Origin: Planctomycetota bacterium
GTDB lineage: Bacteria; Planctomycetota; B15-G4; JADJEK01
Assembly: GCA_044225365.1 (NCBI GenBank)
Contig: JBGAIQ010000023.1
Location: 26,362 to 90,361, forward strand
DNA length: 64,000 bases
Direction of reading: 5' to 3'
The notes beneath the pieces are model-generated. The model was not told where the DNA came from. It was given only the letters and a program-made list of their open reading frames with translations, and did not search any database. Each line of letters begins with the position of its first letter. Positions within the stretch are counted from its first letter, which is position 1. This document shows, piece by piece, positions 39,093 through 47,373 of this stretch. The translations under genes were made by a program, and so were the position numbers.

Positions 39093-39469
39093 GCGTCGCT
39101 CTCCTTCTCCTTCAGCAGCTTCTTCAGTTCGGCGATCTCGCCGGCGGACAGCTTCGTGTTCTTGACGAAGAACGAGAGCATCGGGCTCGCATCCCCGTTG
39201 AAGACGCGATCGAGGAACGAGCGGCTCTCGCGCGCGACGGCCTGCTGGCGCGTGAGCTTCGGCTCGTAGAGGAAGCGGCGGCCTTCCCGTTCGAAGAGGA
39301 GCGCCCCCTTCTCGACGAGGCGCGCGAGCAACGTCTTCACCGTCGTCGCGCTCCAACCCATCGGCTTCTCGAGCTTCGCGACGACATCTTGCGCTGCGAT
39401 CGGATGTTCGTCCCAGACCACGTCCATCACGACCCACTCGGCCTCGCTGATTCGTGGCAAATCGCCCAT
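39089..39469 (-). CDS. blaI: BlaI/MecI/CopY family repressor
   Basis: ISEAEWVVMDVVW...WSATTVKTLLARLVEKG. Confidence 0.92.
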   Translation of the reverse strand: MGDLPRISEAEWVVMDVVWDEHPIAAQDVVAKLEKPMGWSATTVKTLLARLVEKGALLFEREGRRFLYEPKLTRQQAVARESRSFLDRVFNGDASPMLSFFVKNTKLSAGEIAELKKLLKEKESDA

Positions 39470-39493
39470 GGCGGACTCCATTTCAAATGCGTC

Positions 39494-39527
39494 GACCACA
39501 ACTGTAGTCGTGACGACACCTGTAGTC
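39494..39527. promoter_or_regulatory. Tandem BlaI-type operators
   Basis: GACcACAacTGTAGTC (39494-39509) and GACgACAccTGTAGTC (39512-39527), imperfect matches to TACA-NN-TGTA, just upstream of blaI. Confidence 0.75.
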
Positions 39528-39614
39528 ACCGGGAGTCGACGAATTTTCTTTTTCGATGTCGAGCGGCTCATCGCCGTGCGCCCATCAACACCCCAAACCT
39601 GCTACCATCCGCGC

Positions 39615-40652
39615 ATGGCTCCCGCCGATACGCCAAATCCATCGATCACCCAGATCTACCGCGATCGGGGCGTGACGTTCGAGACGCTCGTCGCCACCGA
39701 TGCCGCGATGCTCAAGGTCGTCGAGGATGCGAAGAAGGCCGCACGCAGCGACGCAGCCGTGCTGATCGTCGGCGAGAGCGGCACCGGGAAGAACTTGCTC
39801 GCACAGGCGATCCACAACGCGAGCAAGCGTTCGGAGAAGCCGCTCATCGCCGCGAATTGCGCCGCGTTCGCCGAGTCGCTGCTCGAGTCGGAGTTGTTCG
39901 GCCACGAGCGCGGCGCGTTCACCGGAGCCGACCGTCAGAAGAAGGGCGTCTTCGAACTCGCGAACGGTGGCACGCTCTTCCTCGACGAGGTCGGCGAGCT
40001 GAGCAAGGCGGCACAGGCGAAGATCCTGCGCGCGGTCGAGTACAAGGAGTTCGAGCGCGTGGGCGGCGAGACGACGCTGCGCTCCGACATCCGAATCCTC
40101 TTCGCGACCAATCGCGACCTCGCCGAGGCCGTTCGCAACGGCGACTTCCGCGAGGACCTCTACTACCGCGTGAGCGAGTTCCGCCTCGAGATCCCGCCGC
40201 TGCGTCGTCGCAAGGGCGACATCCCCGGGCTCGTGAAACGCTATCTCGAGGAATGCAACGCGACGCTCGGCTCGCGCGTGCACTCGGTGTCCGACGACGC
40301 GATGCGCGCGCTCCTCGCTTTCGACTGGCCGGGCAACGCGCGGCGCCTGCGCGCGGTCGTTCGTCGCGCTTGCGCGGTCGCGGACGGCGAACGCATCGAA
40401 CTCGACGATCTCGATCTCACCGATCCGCTCGCGCGCACGAAGCCGGGAAGCGCCGCGTCCGCAACACCCACCGCATCGGAGATCGCGATCGAGGATTGGT
40501 CGTTGTCGACGGTCGAGCGCCGTCACATCGAAGCGGTCCTCGCCTACGCCAAGGGCAACAAGAGTGAAGCCGCGCGCATCCTCGACATCGCGCGCACGAC
40601 GCTCGATCGCAAGCTCGCGTCGTACGGCATCGCGACCGAGGACGAGAAGTGA
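39615..40652 (+). CDS. Sigma-54 enhancer-binding protein (AAA+ and Fis HTH, no sensor domain)
   Basis: GESGTGK, ESELFGHERGAFTGA, LFLDEVG, FREDLYYR and a C-terminal HTH. Confidence 0.92.
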   Translation: MAPADTPNPSITQIYRDRGVTFETLVATDAAMLKVVEDAKKAARSDAAVLIVGESGTGKNLLAQAIHNASKRSEKPLIAANCAAFAESLLESELFGHERGAFTGADRQKKGVFELANGGTLFLDEVGELSKAAQAKILRAVEYKEFERVGGETTLRSDIRILFATNRDLAEAVRNGDFREDLYYRVSEFRLEIPPLRRRKGDIPGLVKRYLEECNATLGSRVHSVSDDAMRALLAFDWPGNARRLRAVVRRACAVADGERIELDDLDLTDPLARTKPGSAASATPTASEIAIEDWSLSTVERRHIEAVLAYAKGNKSEAARILDIARTTLDRKLASYGIATEDEK

Positions 40653-41173
40653 GTCGGGGTTCTCTCGCACTCCTCGCGATCGCACTGTTGCTCTTTGGCT
40701 CGAAGTACTTCGTGCGCCTCTACGTCGATCATCGGATCGAGAAGAACGAAGGTCGAACCCTCCCCGAGTTCTCGCTCTCGCGCATCGACGGCGGGCCCGC
40801 GCTCACCAACGCGGACCTCGCGAACAAGATCGCGGTCCTTCACTTCTCGCGCAGCCGCTGCGTGAATTGCGAGCACGAGAAGTCCGTGCTCCGCGACTTC
40901 GAGAAGGCGCTCGATCCCGCGAAAGTCGTCCTCGTCACGGTCAACACCGATCCGGTGATGGGCTTCCCGCTCGAGGAAACCCGCGCGACGGTCGCCCGAT
41001 TCGGTTTTGCGCACCCCACCGTCCTCGCGACGAAGCAGTTCCTCGACGACTTCCATGGCGCGACTTGGGCCAACGTCACGCCGATCACGTACGTCGTCGA
41101 CACCCGCGGCGTCGTCCGCGCGACGCTGCGCGGCGAGCAGACGATCGAGTCGTTGCGCCGCGCCGTCGAGTAG
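40649..41173 (+). CDS. Membrane-anchored TlpA/ResA-like thioredoxin
   Basis: N-terminal TM; CVNC; TPITYVVD; GTGA overlap with the previous gene. Confidence 0.8.
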   Translation: MSRGSLALLAIALLLFGSKYFVRLYVDHRIEKNEGRTLPEFSLSRIDGGPALTNADLANKIAVLHFSRSRCVNCEHEKSVLRDFEKALDPAKVVLVTVNTDPVMGFPLEETRATVARFGFAHPTVLATKQFLDDFHGATWANVTPITYVVDTRGVVRATLRGEQTIESLRRAVE

Positions 41174-41181
41174 CCGCTCCC

Positions 41182-41204
41182 GGACCGCCGCGCTCCAGCG
41201 CGGC
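41182..41204. repeat. REP family-1 copy with compensatory stem change
   Basis: ggaccgccgCgctccagcGcggc versus ggaccgccgGgctccagcCcggc at 27481. Confidence 0.7.
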
Positions 41205-41215
41205 ATCGGAACAGC

Positions 41216-41300
41216 CCATCGGGCGCACAGCCGTGCGCCCCTACAGCCCAACGTGATTCCGACCGGACCGACCATCGGGCGCACAGCCGTGCGCCCCTAC
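41216..41300 (-). repeat. Two direct copies of a GTAG-type REP
   Basis: ccatcgggcgcacagccgtgcgcccctac at 41216-41244 and 41272-41300 (minus strand GTAGGGGCGCACGGCTGTGCGCCC). Confidence 0.85.
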
Positions 41301-41313
41301 GGTCGTGACGGCG

Positions 41314-43431
41314 TCACAGGTCGTTCCGTAGCTTCGTCAGCGAGGCATTTCCGGACAATGGGCCCGCGAGCGCCGTGTCGAGCAGCTTCAGCGCGTCGTC
41401 GCGGCGATTTGCCTCCGTGAGAGATTCGGCGTAGATGCTGACGTACGTCTCGTCTGCTAGGAACTCGGGATTCGCCGCAGCGCCGCTCTCCATCCAGTAG
41501 ATCGCGCGATCGGTACGCGAGATCCAGATCAGCAACTGCGCGAACTGGTGATACAACCGCGCGTGCCAGTACGGATCGCGATTGCAGCCCGCGATCGCCT
41601 TCTCGATCAACGCCTCCGCCGTCTCGATCTTGCCGCGCTGGACCTGCAAGCTGGCCTCGTTGAATGCGAGCAGAAAGTAGGTCGGGTCAAGCTTCTTCGC
41701 GATCTCGATCGCCTCTTCGGCGGCAGCACGCGCCTTCTCGGCCTTTTCGGTGTCCTTGCGATCGTCGAGCACGACCGCGAGTTCCAGCTCAGCGGCAGCG
41801 AGATTGTTCCAACCAAAGACCGACTGAGACTGGCGGCTCACGAATGCACCGAACAGCTCGATCGCCGCGTCGAGATTTCCCTGTGCGAACGCGATCTGTC
41901 CCAGGAAATTGTCGGCCTCCGCACGCGTGCGTTCTTTCTTGTACTCCAAGAACGCGAGCTTCGCGCCGGGATAGTCCCCGAGTCGAAAGCGCACGGCCCC
42001 GAGCGAGAAGACGGCCTCGATCGGTCGCGGCGCGAGCTCCGAAGCCTTCGCGTGCTCGCGCTCCGCGCCGACGAGATCGCGTCGCGCCTGCAGCACGATG
42101 CCGCGATAGAACGCATGTCGCCCGTCGCTCGGTTCGCCAGTGCAGTCGATCTGATCGAGAACCTTGCTCTTGTCGGCGAGCGCGTGGGCGAAGCGCCGCG
42201 CGATGTCGGCGGCCCGTGGATACGTCGTGCCGTGGTCCGCGAGTTCGTCGTAGTCGGCCGCGGCCTCCTGCCAGCGTTTCTGCCGCAGATGCAGATCCGC
42301 GCGCTCGAAGCGGATGTCCTCGAGCTTTGGATATTCGCCGAGCAGCGCGTCGAGCGACGCCTCGGCGCTCTCGGCATCGTCACGATTGAGCTGCATCGCG
42401 ATCTCGTTGCGCGCGTCGTTGATCTTCTTCGCCCGCCGCTCGCGCAGGAAGAAGCCGAGCAAGATCGCGGCGACGACGATCACGCCGAGGAGGGAGAGGA
42501 GCGACGTTCGGAGCCTCCGCATGCGACGGATCGCCTGCGTCAACGGACTCTTCGCACTCGCGCGGATCGGTTCGCCGACGATGTAGCGATCGAGATCGGC
42601 GGCGAGCTCTCGGCCATCGCGATATCGCGCCGACGGATCGCGATCGAGGCACTTCAGGATGATCGTCTCGAGGTCGCGCGGGATCGTCGCGTCGATCCGC
42701 CGCGGCGGTACGGCCTCCTCGCTCAGGATCTTCTGCATCAACGCTTCGGGTGTATCCGCGTCGAACGGCCGTACGCCCGTGATGCACTGATAGAGCACCG
42801 CCCCGACCGCGTAGACGTCCGACGGCGCCGTCGGCTCTCCCGCGCTGAACCTCTCCGGGCTCATGTAGTACGGAGTGCCCACGGTGACGCTGCTGCGGGT
42901 CAGCGCGGAGACGCCGACATCGCGCGCGAGTCCGAAGTCCGCGAGGACCGATCGCCCCGTTCGCTCGAGGAGAATGTTCGAAGGCTTTACGTCGCGATGG
43001 ACGATCCCGGCCGCGTGCGCGATTCCCAGAGCCCTCGCGACGTCTCGCAGCGTCGCGACGCACGCCGCGCGAAAATCGGCGGCAAAGGACTCGGGCAGTT
43101 CGTCCGCGCGTCCGCCGAGGTGAGCGTCGAGCACGCGGTCGAGGTCCGTCCCGTCGACGAACTCCATCGCGAGGTAGTGGTGATGCCCATGCTCCCCGAC
43201 CGTGAAGACCTTCACGATCGATGGATGCGAGAGCCGGCCGAGCAAGGCCGCTTCGCGCTGGAATCGCAGAACGCGAGCCTCGTCGAACCCGGCGTCGAGG
43301 GGCAAGAGCTTCAGCGCGACATCGCGCCCAAGCGAGATCTGGCGCGCGAGATACACCACGCCCATGCCGCCGCGTCCGAGCTCGCGCTTCAGCTTGAAGT
43401 CACCGACGATCCGCGGCGGGTCGCTCTCCAT
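41314..43431 (-). CDS. Ser/Thr protein kinase with TM and TPR repeats
   Basis: LGRGGMGVVY, VALK, HRDVKPSN, DFGLA and GTPYYMSPE; TM; TPRs. Confidence 0.93.
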   Translation of the reverse strand: MESDPPRIVGDFKLKRELGRGGMGVVYLARQISLGRDVALKLLPLDAGFDEARVLRFQREAALLGRLSHPSIVKVFTVGEHGHHHYLAMEFVDGTDLDRVLDAHLGGRADELPESFAADFRAACVATLRDVARALGIAHAAGIVHRDVKPSNILLERTGRSVLADFGLARDVGVSALTRSSVTVGTPYYMSPERFSAGEPTAPSDVYAVGAVLYQCITGVRPFDADTPEALMQKILSEEAVPPRRIDATIPRDLETIILKCLDRDPSARYRDGRELAADLDRYIVGEPIRASAKSPLTQAIRRMRRLRTSLLSLLGVIVVAAILLGFFLRERRAKKINDARNEIAMQLNRDDAESAEASLDALLGEYPKLEDIRFERADLHLRQKRWQEAAADYDELADHGTTYPRAADIARRFAHALADKSKVLDQIDCTGEPSDGRHAFYRGIVLQARRDLVGAEREHAKASELAPRPIEAVFSLGAVRFRLGDYPGAKLAFLEYKKERTRAEADNFLGQIAFAQGNLDAAIELFGAFVSRQSQSVFGWNNLAAAELELAVVLDDRKDTEKAEKARAAAEEAIEIAKKLDPTYFLLAFNEASLQVQRGKIETAEALIEKAIAGCNRDPYWHARLYHQFAQLLIWISRTDRAIYWMESGAAANPEFLADETYVSIYAESLTEANRRDDALKLLDTALAGPLSGNASLTKLRNDL

Positions 43432-43607
43432 GTTCCTCGCATACCAGATTCGGCCGAAAAGCAGACTACCGGAGGGTAAATGGACGGTTCCAAAGTTCCG
43501 GCCGCACACCGCTCGCGGTCAAGTTATAATCGACCCGTCGTTCGGAGTCCTCTCGGTACCGTTCCACCGTTTTCGCCTGGGCCCAGACGGGCAGGAGGGC
43601 TCGGTCC

Positions 43608-45236
43608 ATGTCCCCACATGACCGTAGATCATCGTCGACACTGCGCGCGTGCGGGGTCGGGTTCATCGTTCTGTGCGCGGCGCCCTTCGCGGCGGCGCAG
43701 TTCAGTCCCCCGCAGGGTGTGAACCTCGGTGTCGGCGTCGCGCCCAATACGCTGACGGGAGTCGCTTCCGGGGACATCGACGGCGACGGCATCGGCGACG
43801 TCCTCGGCGTCGATAGCGTCAGCGGCGGCAATATCGGCGTCGCTCGCGGCCTTGCCGGTGGCGCCTTCACGGCGCCGATCCTCTCGGGTCCGTTGCCCGC
43901 ATCGACGGGCGGCGGCACTCTGCCCGGCCTCGGTGACTTCAACCTCGACGGCTTCCTCGACGTCGCCGTCGGCGGCCTCGTCGGCGGCGTGCCGACGGTC
44001 TTCGTCGCTGCGGCCAATCTCGGCGTTCCCGGCGCCTTTACGCTCCCCGCGACCTCGCTCGGCCTCGGCGCCCCCGGCACGCTGACCGGACTTCGGATCT
44101 CCGACGTGACGGGCGACGGCGAACTCGACCTCGTTTGTTCCGTGATCGGGATCAATCGTCGCGTGAACACCGTCACGGGCGGGCCAGGGATCACGTTCGG
44201 CGGCATGACGTCGAGCTCGACGTCGACGGGGCCCGAGGACGTGGACATCTGCGTGGACGTGGACCACGACGGGGACAAGGACCTCGTCGTGTGTGGCCTC
44301 GATCAATTCACGAACCTCCCGGTCGTCGAGGTCATGCAAGGCGACAACGCCGCCCACTTCACGACGCTCGCGAAGGTCTCGCTGCCTCCCACCTTCTTGC
44401 CGCTCGACGTCAACTGGTTCGACTGCAACCAGGACGGTTTCTACGACGTCGTCGTCGCCGCTCAGAATCTCGGTGGTGCGTCGGCATTGTTCCGGATCGG
44501 CAATATCAGCAGCCCCCCCTTCTTCTCCTCGGCATCACTCGGGCCGCCGACTCTGGTCGCGAACTTCCCGACCTCGGTCCTGCGCCTCGAAGCCGACTTC
44601 GACGGTGTAGAGGACTTGTCGGTCGTGTCGATCAGCAGTCCCACGACCTCCACCACGAGTTCGAACTTCGAGATCTTCAAGGTCCAGAACTGCGGGCTCG
44701 TCGCCGTGGGCTCGACCGCCGTGGGCTCCGTTCAGACGCAGGTCATCTCGCAGGATCAGTTCGCGCTCCATTCGGTGGGCGATCAGGACGGAGACGGTCG
44801 CGAGGACCTCTTCGTCGTCGATCAGTCCGGCGTGAACGATCGGGTCCTCGTCTATCGCAACATCGGCCAGACGGACTTCACGGTGGCCCCGGTCAAGCCG
44901 CTGCTCGGGCAGACGACGCCGATCACGTTCCACCTCAAGGCGCCCGCGGCCCTGAATGGATCCCCGTTCGTCGTCCTCATGAGCGTGAAGGGTACGCAGC
45001 CTGGTGTCCCGGTCGGATCTCTCCTCCTACCGCTCAACGCGCCCTTCTTGCCCTTCGTCCTGAACGGTACGGTCGGTGTCGGCGGCGAAGGCGTCATCAC
45101 GACCCCGCCCGTCACCTTCGACAAGAAGCCCGTCGGATTCAGCCTTCAGATCGATACGGCGGCGCTCGTGCTGTCGCAAACTGTCCCCGCGAAGGTGGTT
45201 TACATCAGCCATCCCGCCGTGATCACGGTGCCCTGA
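43608..45236 (+). CDS. Secreted FG-GAP/VCBS repeat protein with C-terminal putative sorting domain
   Basis: Signal peptide; seven D-x-[DN]-x-D-G-type loops (GDIDGDGIGDV, GDFNLDGFLDV ...); CTD ending ISHPAVITVP. Confidence 0.85.
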   Translation: MSPHDRRSSSTLRACGVGFIVLCAAPFAAAQFSPPQGVNLGVGVAPNTLTGVASGDIDGDGIGDVLGVDSVSGGNIGVARGLAGGAFTAPILSGPLPASTGGGTLPGLGDFNLDGFLDVAVGGLVGGVPTVFVAAANLGVPGAFTLPATSLGLGAPGTLTGLRISDVTGDGELDLVCSVIGINRRVNTVTGGPGITFGGMTSSSTSTGPEDVDICVDVDHDGDKDLVVCGLDQFTNLPVVEVMQGDNAAHFTTLAKVSLPPTFLPLDVNWFDCNQDGFYDVVVAAQNLGGASALFRIGNISSPPFFSSASLGPPTLVANFPTSVLRLEADFDGVEDLSVVSISSPTTSTTSSNFEIFKVQNCGLVAVGSTAVGSVQTQVISQDQFALHSVGDQDGDGREDLFVVDQSGVNDRVLVYRNIGQTDFTVAPVKPLLGQTTPITFHLKAPAALNGSPFVVLMSVKGTQPGVPVGSLLLPLNAPFLPFVLNGTVGVGGEGVITTPPVTFDKKPVGFSLQIDTAALVLSQTVPAKVVYISHPAVITVP

Positions 45237-45331
45237 CAGAGGCGCGGAAACGATCCTGTCGGTTTCTCGACCCATTCCCGACTGATCCTCGGACTCGCAT
45301 TTCGCGAGTTTCTTTCCGAGGAGCCAATCTC

Positions 45332-46609
45332 ATGGGTACCCAGATTCCGTCTTCCAATTTTGCTGGTGTTTCGAGTCAGGCCAACAGCGCGAAGATGCTG
45401 AGCGACGCTGCGAAAGCCGCACTCCTCCGTCGCGACGATCCTCCACCCACCAAGAAAAAGGGCGTGGACGTACAAGAAGCGATCCAAGGTCCGCAGGACC
45501 GCAAGGGCGCAACGAGTGGTCTCGAGACGGGGACCGGGCCGTTCGGTCTCGACGTCATTTCGCTCGATCCAACGAAGCGCCCCGATCTCGCGTCGCTCTT
45601 GCCCGACCGGGGCATCGACGACTCGCGCGGATCCGATCCGTTGTTCGGCAACCTTGCCAGCCGGGCCCAGACCGCCGCCCAGCTTCGCGACGCCGCGTCA
45701 TCGCTCGATCTCCTGGGCGCGAGCGATCCCACTCAGCGGCAGAGCCCTGCCGATTCCCTGAACTCGATGCTCGATGCCTTTCGCGCGTCAACCGGCAAGA
45801 CCGATCCGACTGCGACCGGCGGGCGCTTCGTCGATCCCAAGCGCAGTCAGTACGCGGACGACGCGGGATCATCCGACTCGACGACGACGGATTCCTCGAC
45901 GAAGAAGACCACCGAGAAGAAGACGGTCGGCCAGAAGATCTCCGATGCGATCGATACCGCAGCGGCGGCAGCGAGTTCCGCGGCAGGGACAGTCCGCGAC
46001 TACGTCTTCGATCTCTTCACCACTCGCTTCGGACCTCCGGGCCCGTGGACGACTCCGCTCACCGGCCCCGCCGCGCTCGACGCTGCGGGCGGCGACGTCC
46101 AGTCGATCGTGGACGGCGCACGGGCGATCGGCCGCCTCAAGAACGGTCAGTACTATCGCCCCGAGATGCCGAAGGGCGACGAACTCACCTCGCCCGATGG
46201 CGGTGCCGACGCGCCGGCGAACGCCGGCGAAGCCGCGGCACAGAAGAAGCTCGAACGCGACTTGGCGCGAATGCTCGGGAAGGAACCCGAGCATCACGCA
46301 CCGGGCGGCAAGGGCAGCGTCGAGATGCCGAACCGCGATGGTTCGTTCCATCATGAGTACACGATCGACGAGTTGAAGAATCCGATTCGACTCGATCGGC
46401 ACTCCGTGCAGGGTCAGGGCAACATCATCAATCCCGGTTCGGGCGACGATGGAAACGTCGGAGTCACTCCGGGCGAGAAGCCTGCCGTGAAGAAGCAGCC
46501 GGGCGTCAAGGATCCTCCGAATCCGAACGGCTTGGACGGCTCGATGAATCCCGCGCCGCAGACATCGAACGGGCCTTCGTCCCCGTCCACGCCCCACGCG
46601 AACGGATGA
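45332..46609 (+). CDS. Hypothetical low-complexity, probably disordered protein (425 aa)
   Basis: GAGGAG RBS; GC3-rich codon usage; rich in S/T/D/P/G/A; no recognisable domain. Confidence 0.7.
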   Translation: MGTQIPSSNFAGVSSQANSAKMLSDAAKAALLRRDDPPPTKKKGVDVQEAIQGPQDRKGATSGLETGTGPFGLDVISLDPTKRPDLASLLPDRGIDDSRGSDPLFGNLASRAQTAAQLRDAASSLDLLGASDPTQRQSPADSLNSMLDAFRASTGKTDPTATGGRFVDPKRSQYADDAGSSDSTTTDSSTKKTTEKKTVGQKISDAIDTAAAAASSAAGTVRDYVFDLFTTRFGPPGPWTTPLTGPAALDAAGGDVQSIVDGARAIGRLKNGQYYRPEMPKGDELTSPDGGADAPANAGEAAAQKKLERDLARMLGKEPEHHAPGGKGSVEMPNRDGSFHHEYTIDELKNPIRLDRHSVQGQGNIINPGSGDDGNVGVTPGEKPAVKKQPGVKDPPNPNGLDGSMNPAPQTSNGPSSPSTPHANG

Positions 46610-46660
46610 CCATTCGAGAGCACAACGCCCCACAGTCCTTTTCGGGGTAGACTGCTCTCC

Positions 46661-47290
46661 ATGTCGTTTCCCACGCGGCCTGCCGGGGCCGGGGATGAAC
46701 CGGGCCCCTTCTCGACCGACCACATCGCGCACCGCGCGAGGAGTGGCGACCAGGCGAGTTGCGACGAGTTGTTTCGTCGCATCTCGCCTGCGCTCTATGC
46801 CTGGGCGAGGCTCCACATCCGCGGCGCGCTGCGTCAGCGACTCGATCCCGAAGACGTCCTGCAGGAAGTCGCTTGCCGCACGCTCTCCGGCTTCAGCGGT
46901 TGGGACGAAGCGAAGGGTAGCTTCCGCGCCTATGCCTTCGGCATCGCGAAGAACGTGCTGAAGCGCGCGTTCGAACACCTCGCACGCGATCCGCGGAGTC
47001 CGATCGCGAAGGACACCTCCCCGTCGAACGTCGATCCGAAGTGGATCGACACCGCGACGACGCTCACGCGCGCCGCCGTCCGCGACGAATCGCTTCGCAA
47101 GTTCGTCGACTCCCTTGAACTCCTGCCCGACGACGATCGGCGCCTCATGCTCCATCGCGGCCTCGAGGGTCTGTCGCACGACGACGTCGCACGGCTCCTG
47201 CGAATCTCGACCGATGCCGTCGAGAAGCGCTGGCAACGCCTCTGCGAGCGGCTGCGTGGGGATGCTCGGTTCCAATCGCTCGTCGCGTGA
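46661..47290 (+). CDS. ECF sigma factor (planctomycete kinase-associated type)
   Basis: ARSGDQASCDELF, LDPEDVLQEV, SFRAYAFGIAKN and a region 4 HTH. Confidence 0.88.
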   Translation: MSFPTRPAGAGDEPGPFSTDHIAHRARSGDQASCDELFRRISPALYAWARLHIRGALRQRLDPEDVLQEVACRTLSGFSGWDEAKGSFRAYAFGIAKNVLKRAFEHLARDPRSPIAKDTSPSNVDPKWIDTATTLTRAAVRDESLRKFVDSLELLPDDDRRLMLHRGLEGLSHDDVARLLRISTDAVEKRWQRLCERLRGDARFQSLVA

Positions 47291-47294
47291 TCAG

Positions 47295-47333
47295 AAAAAG
47301 GAGTCCGGCGCGACTTTCGCCACGCCGGACTCC
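47295..47333 (-). terminator. Rho-independent terminator of the beta-helix gene (possibly bidirectional)
   Basis: GGAGTCCGGCG...CGCCGGACTCC stem preceded by AAAAA on the plus strand (U-tract on minus). Confidence 0.75.
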
Positions 47334-47373
47334 GCACGAACGAAACCTACCGTCCTAACCCTGTTGGTTCGGT

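Noticed and set aside
43525-43530. TATAAT upstream of the FG-GAP gene
   Set aside because: No recognisable -35 element at the proper spacing; too weak to call a promoter
44135-46609. 824-aa ORF suggesting a fusion of the FG-GAP gene and the orphan protein
   Set aside because: Different frame from the FG-GAP gene; the orphan has its own RBS and ATG at 45332
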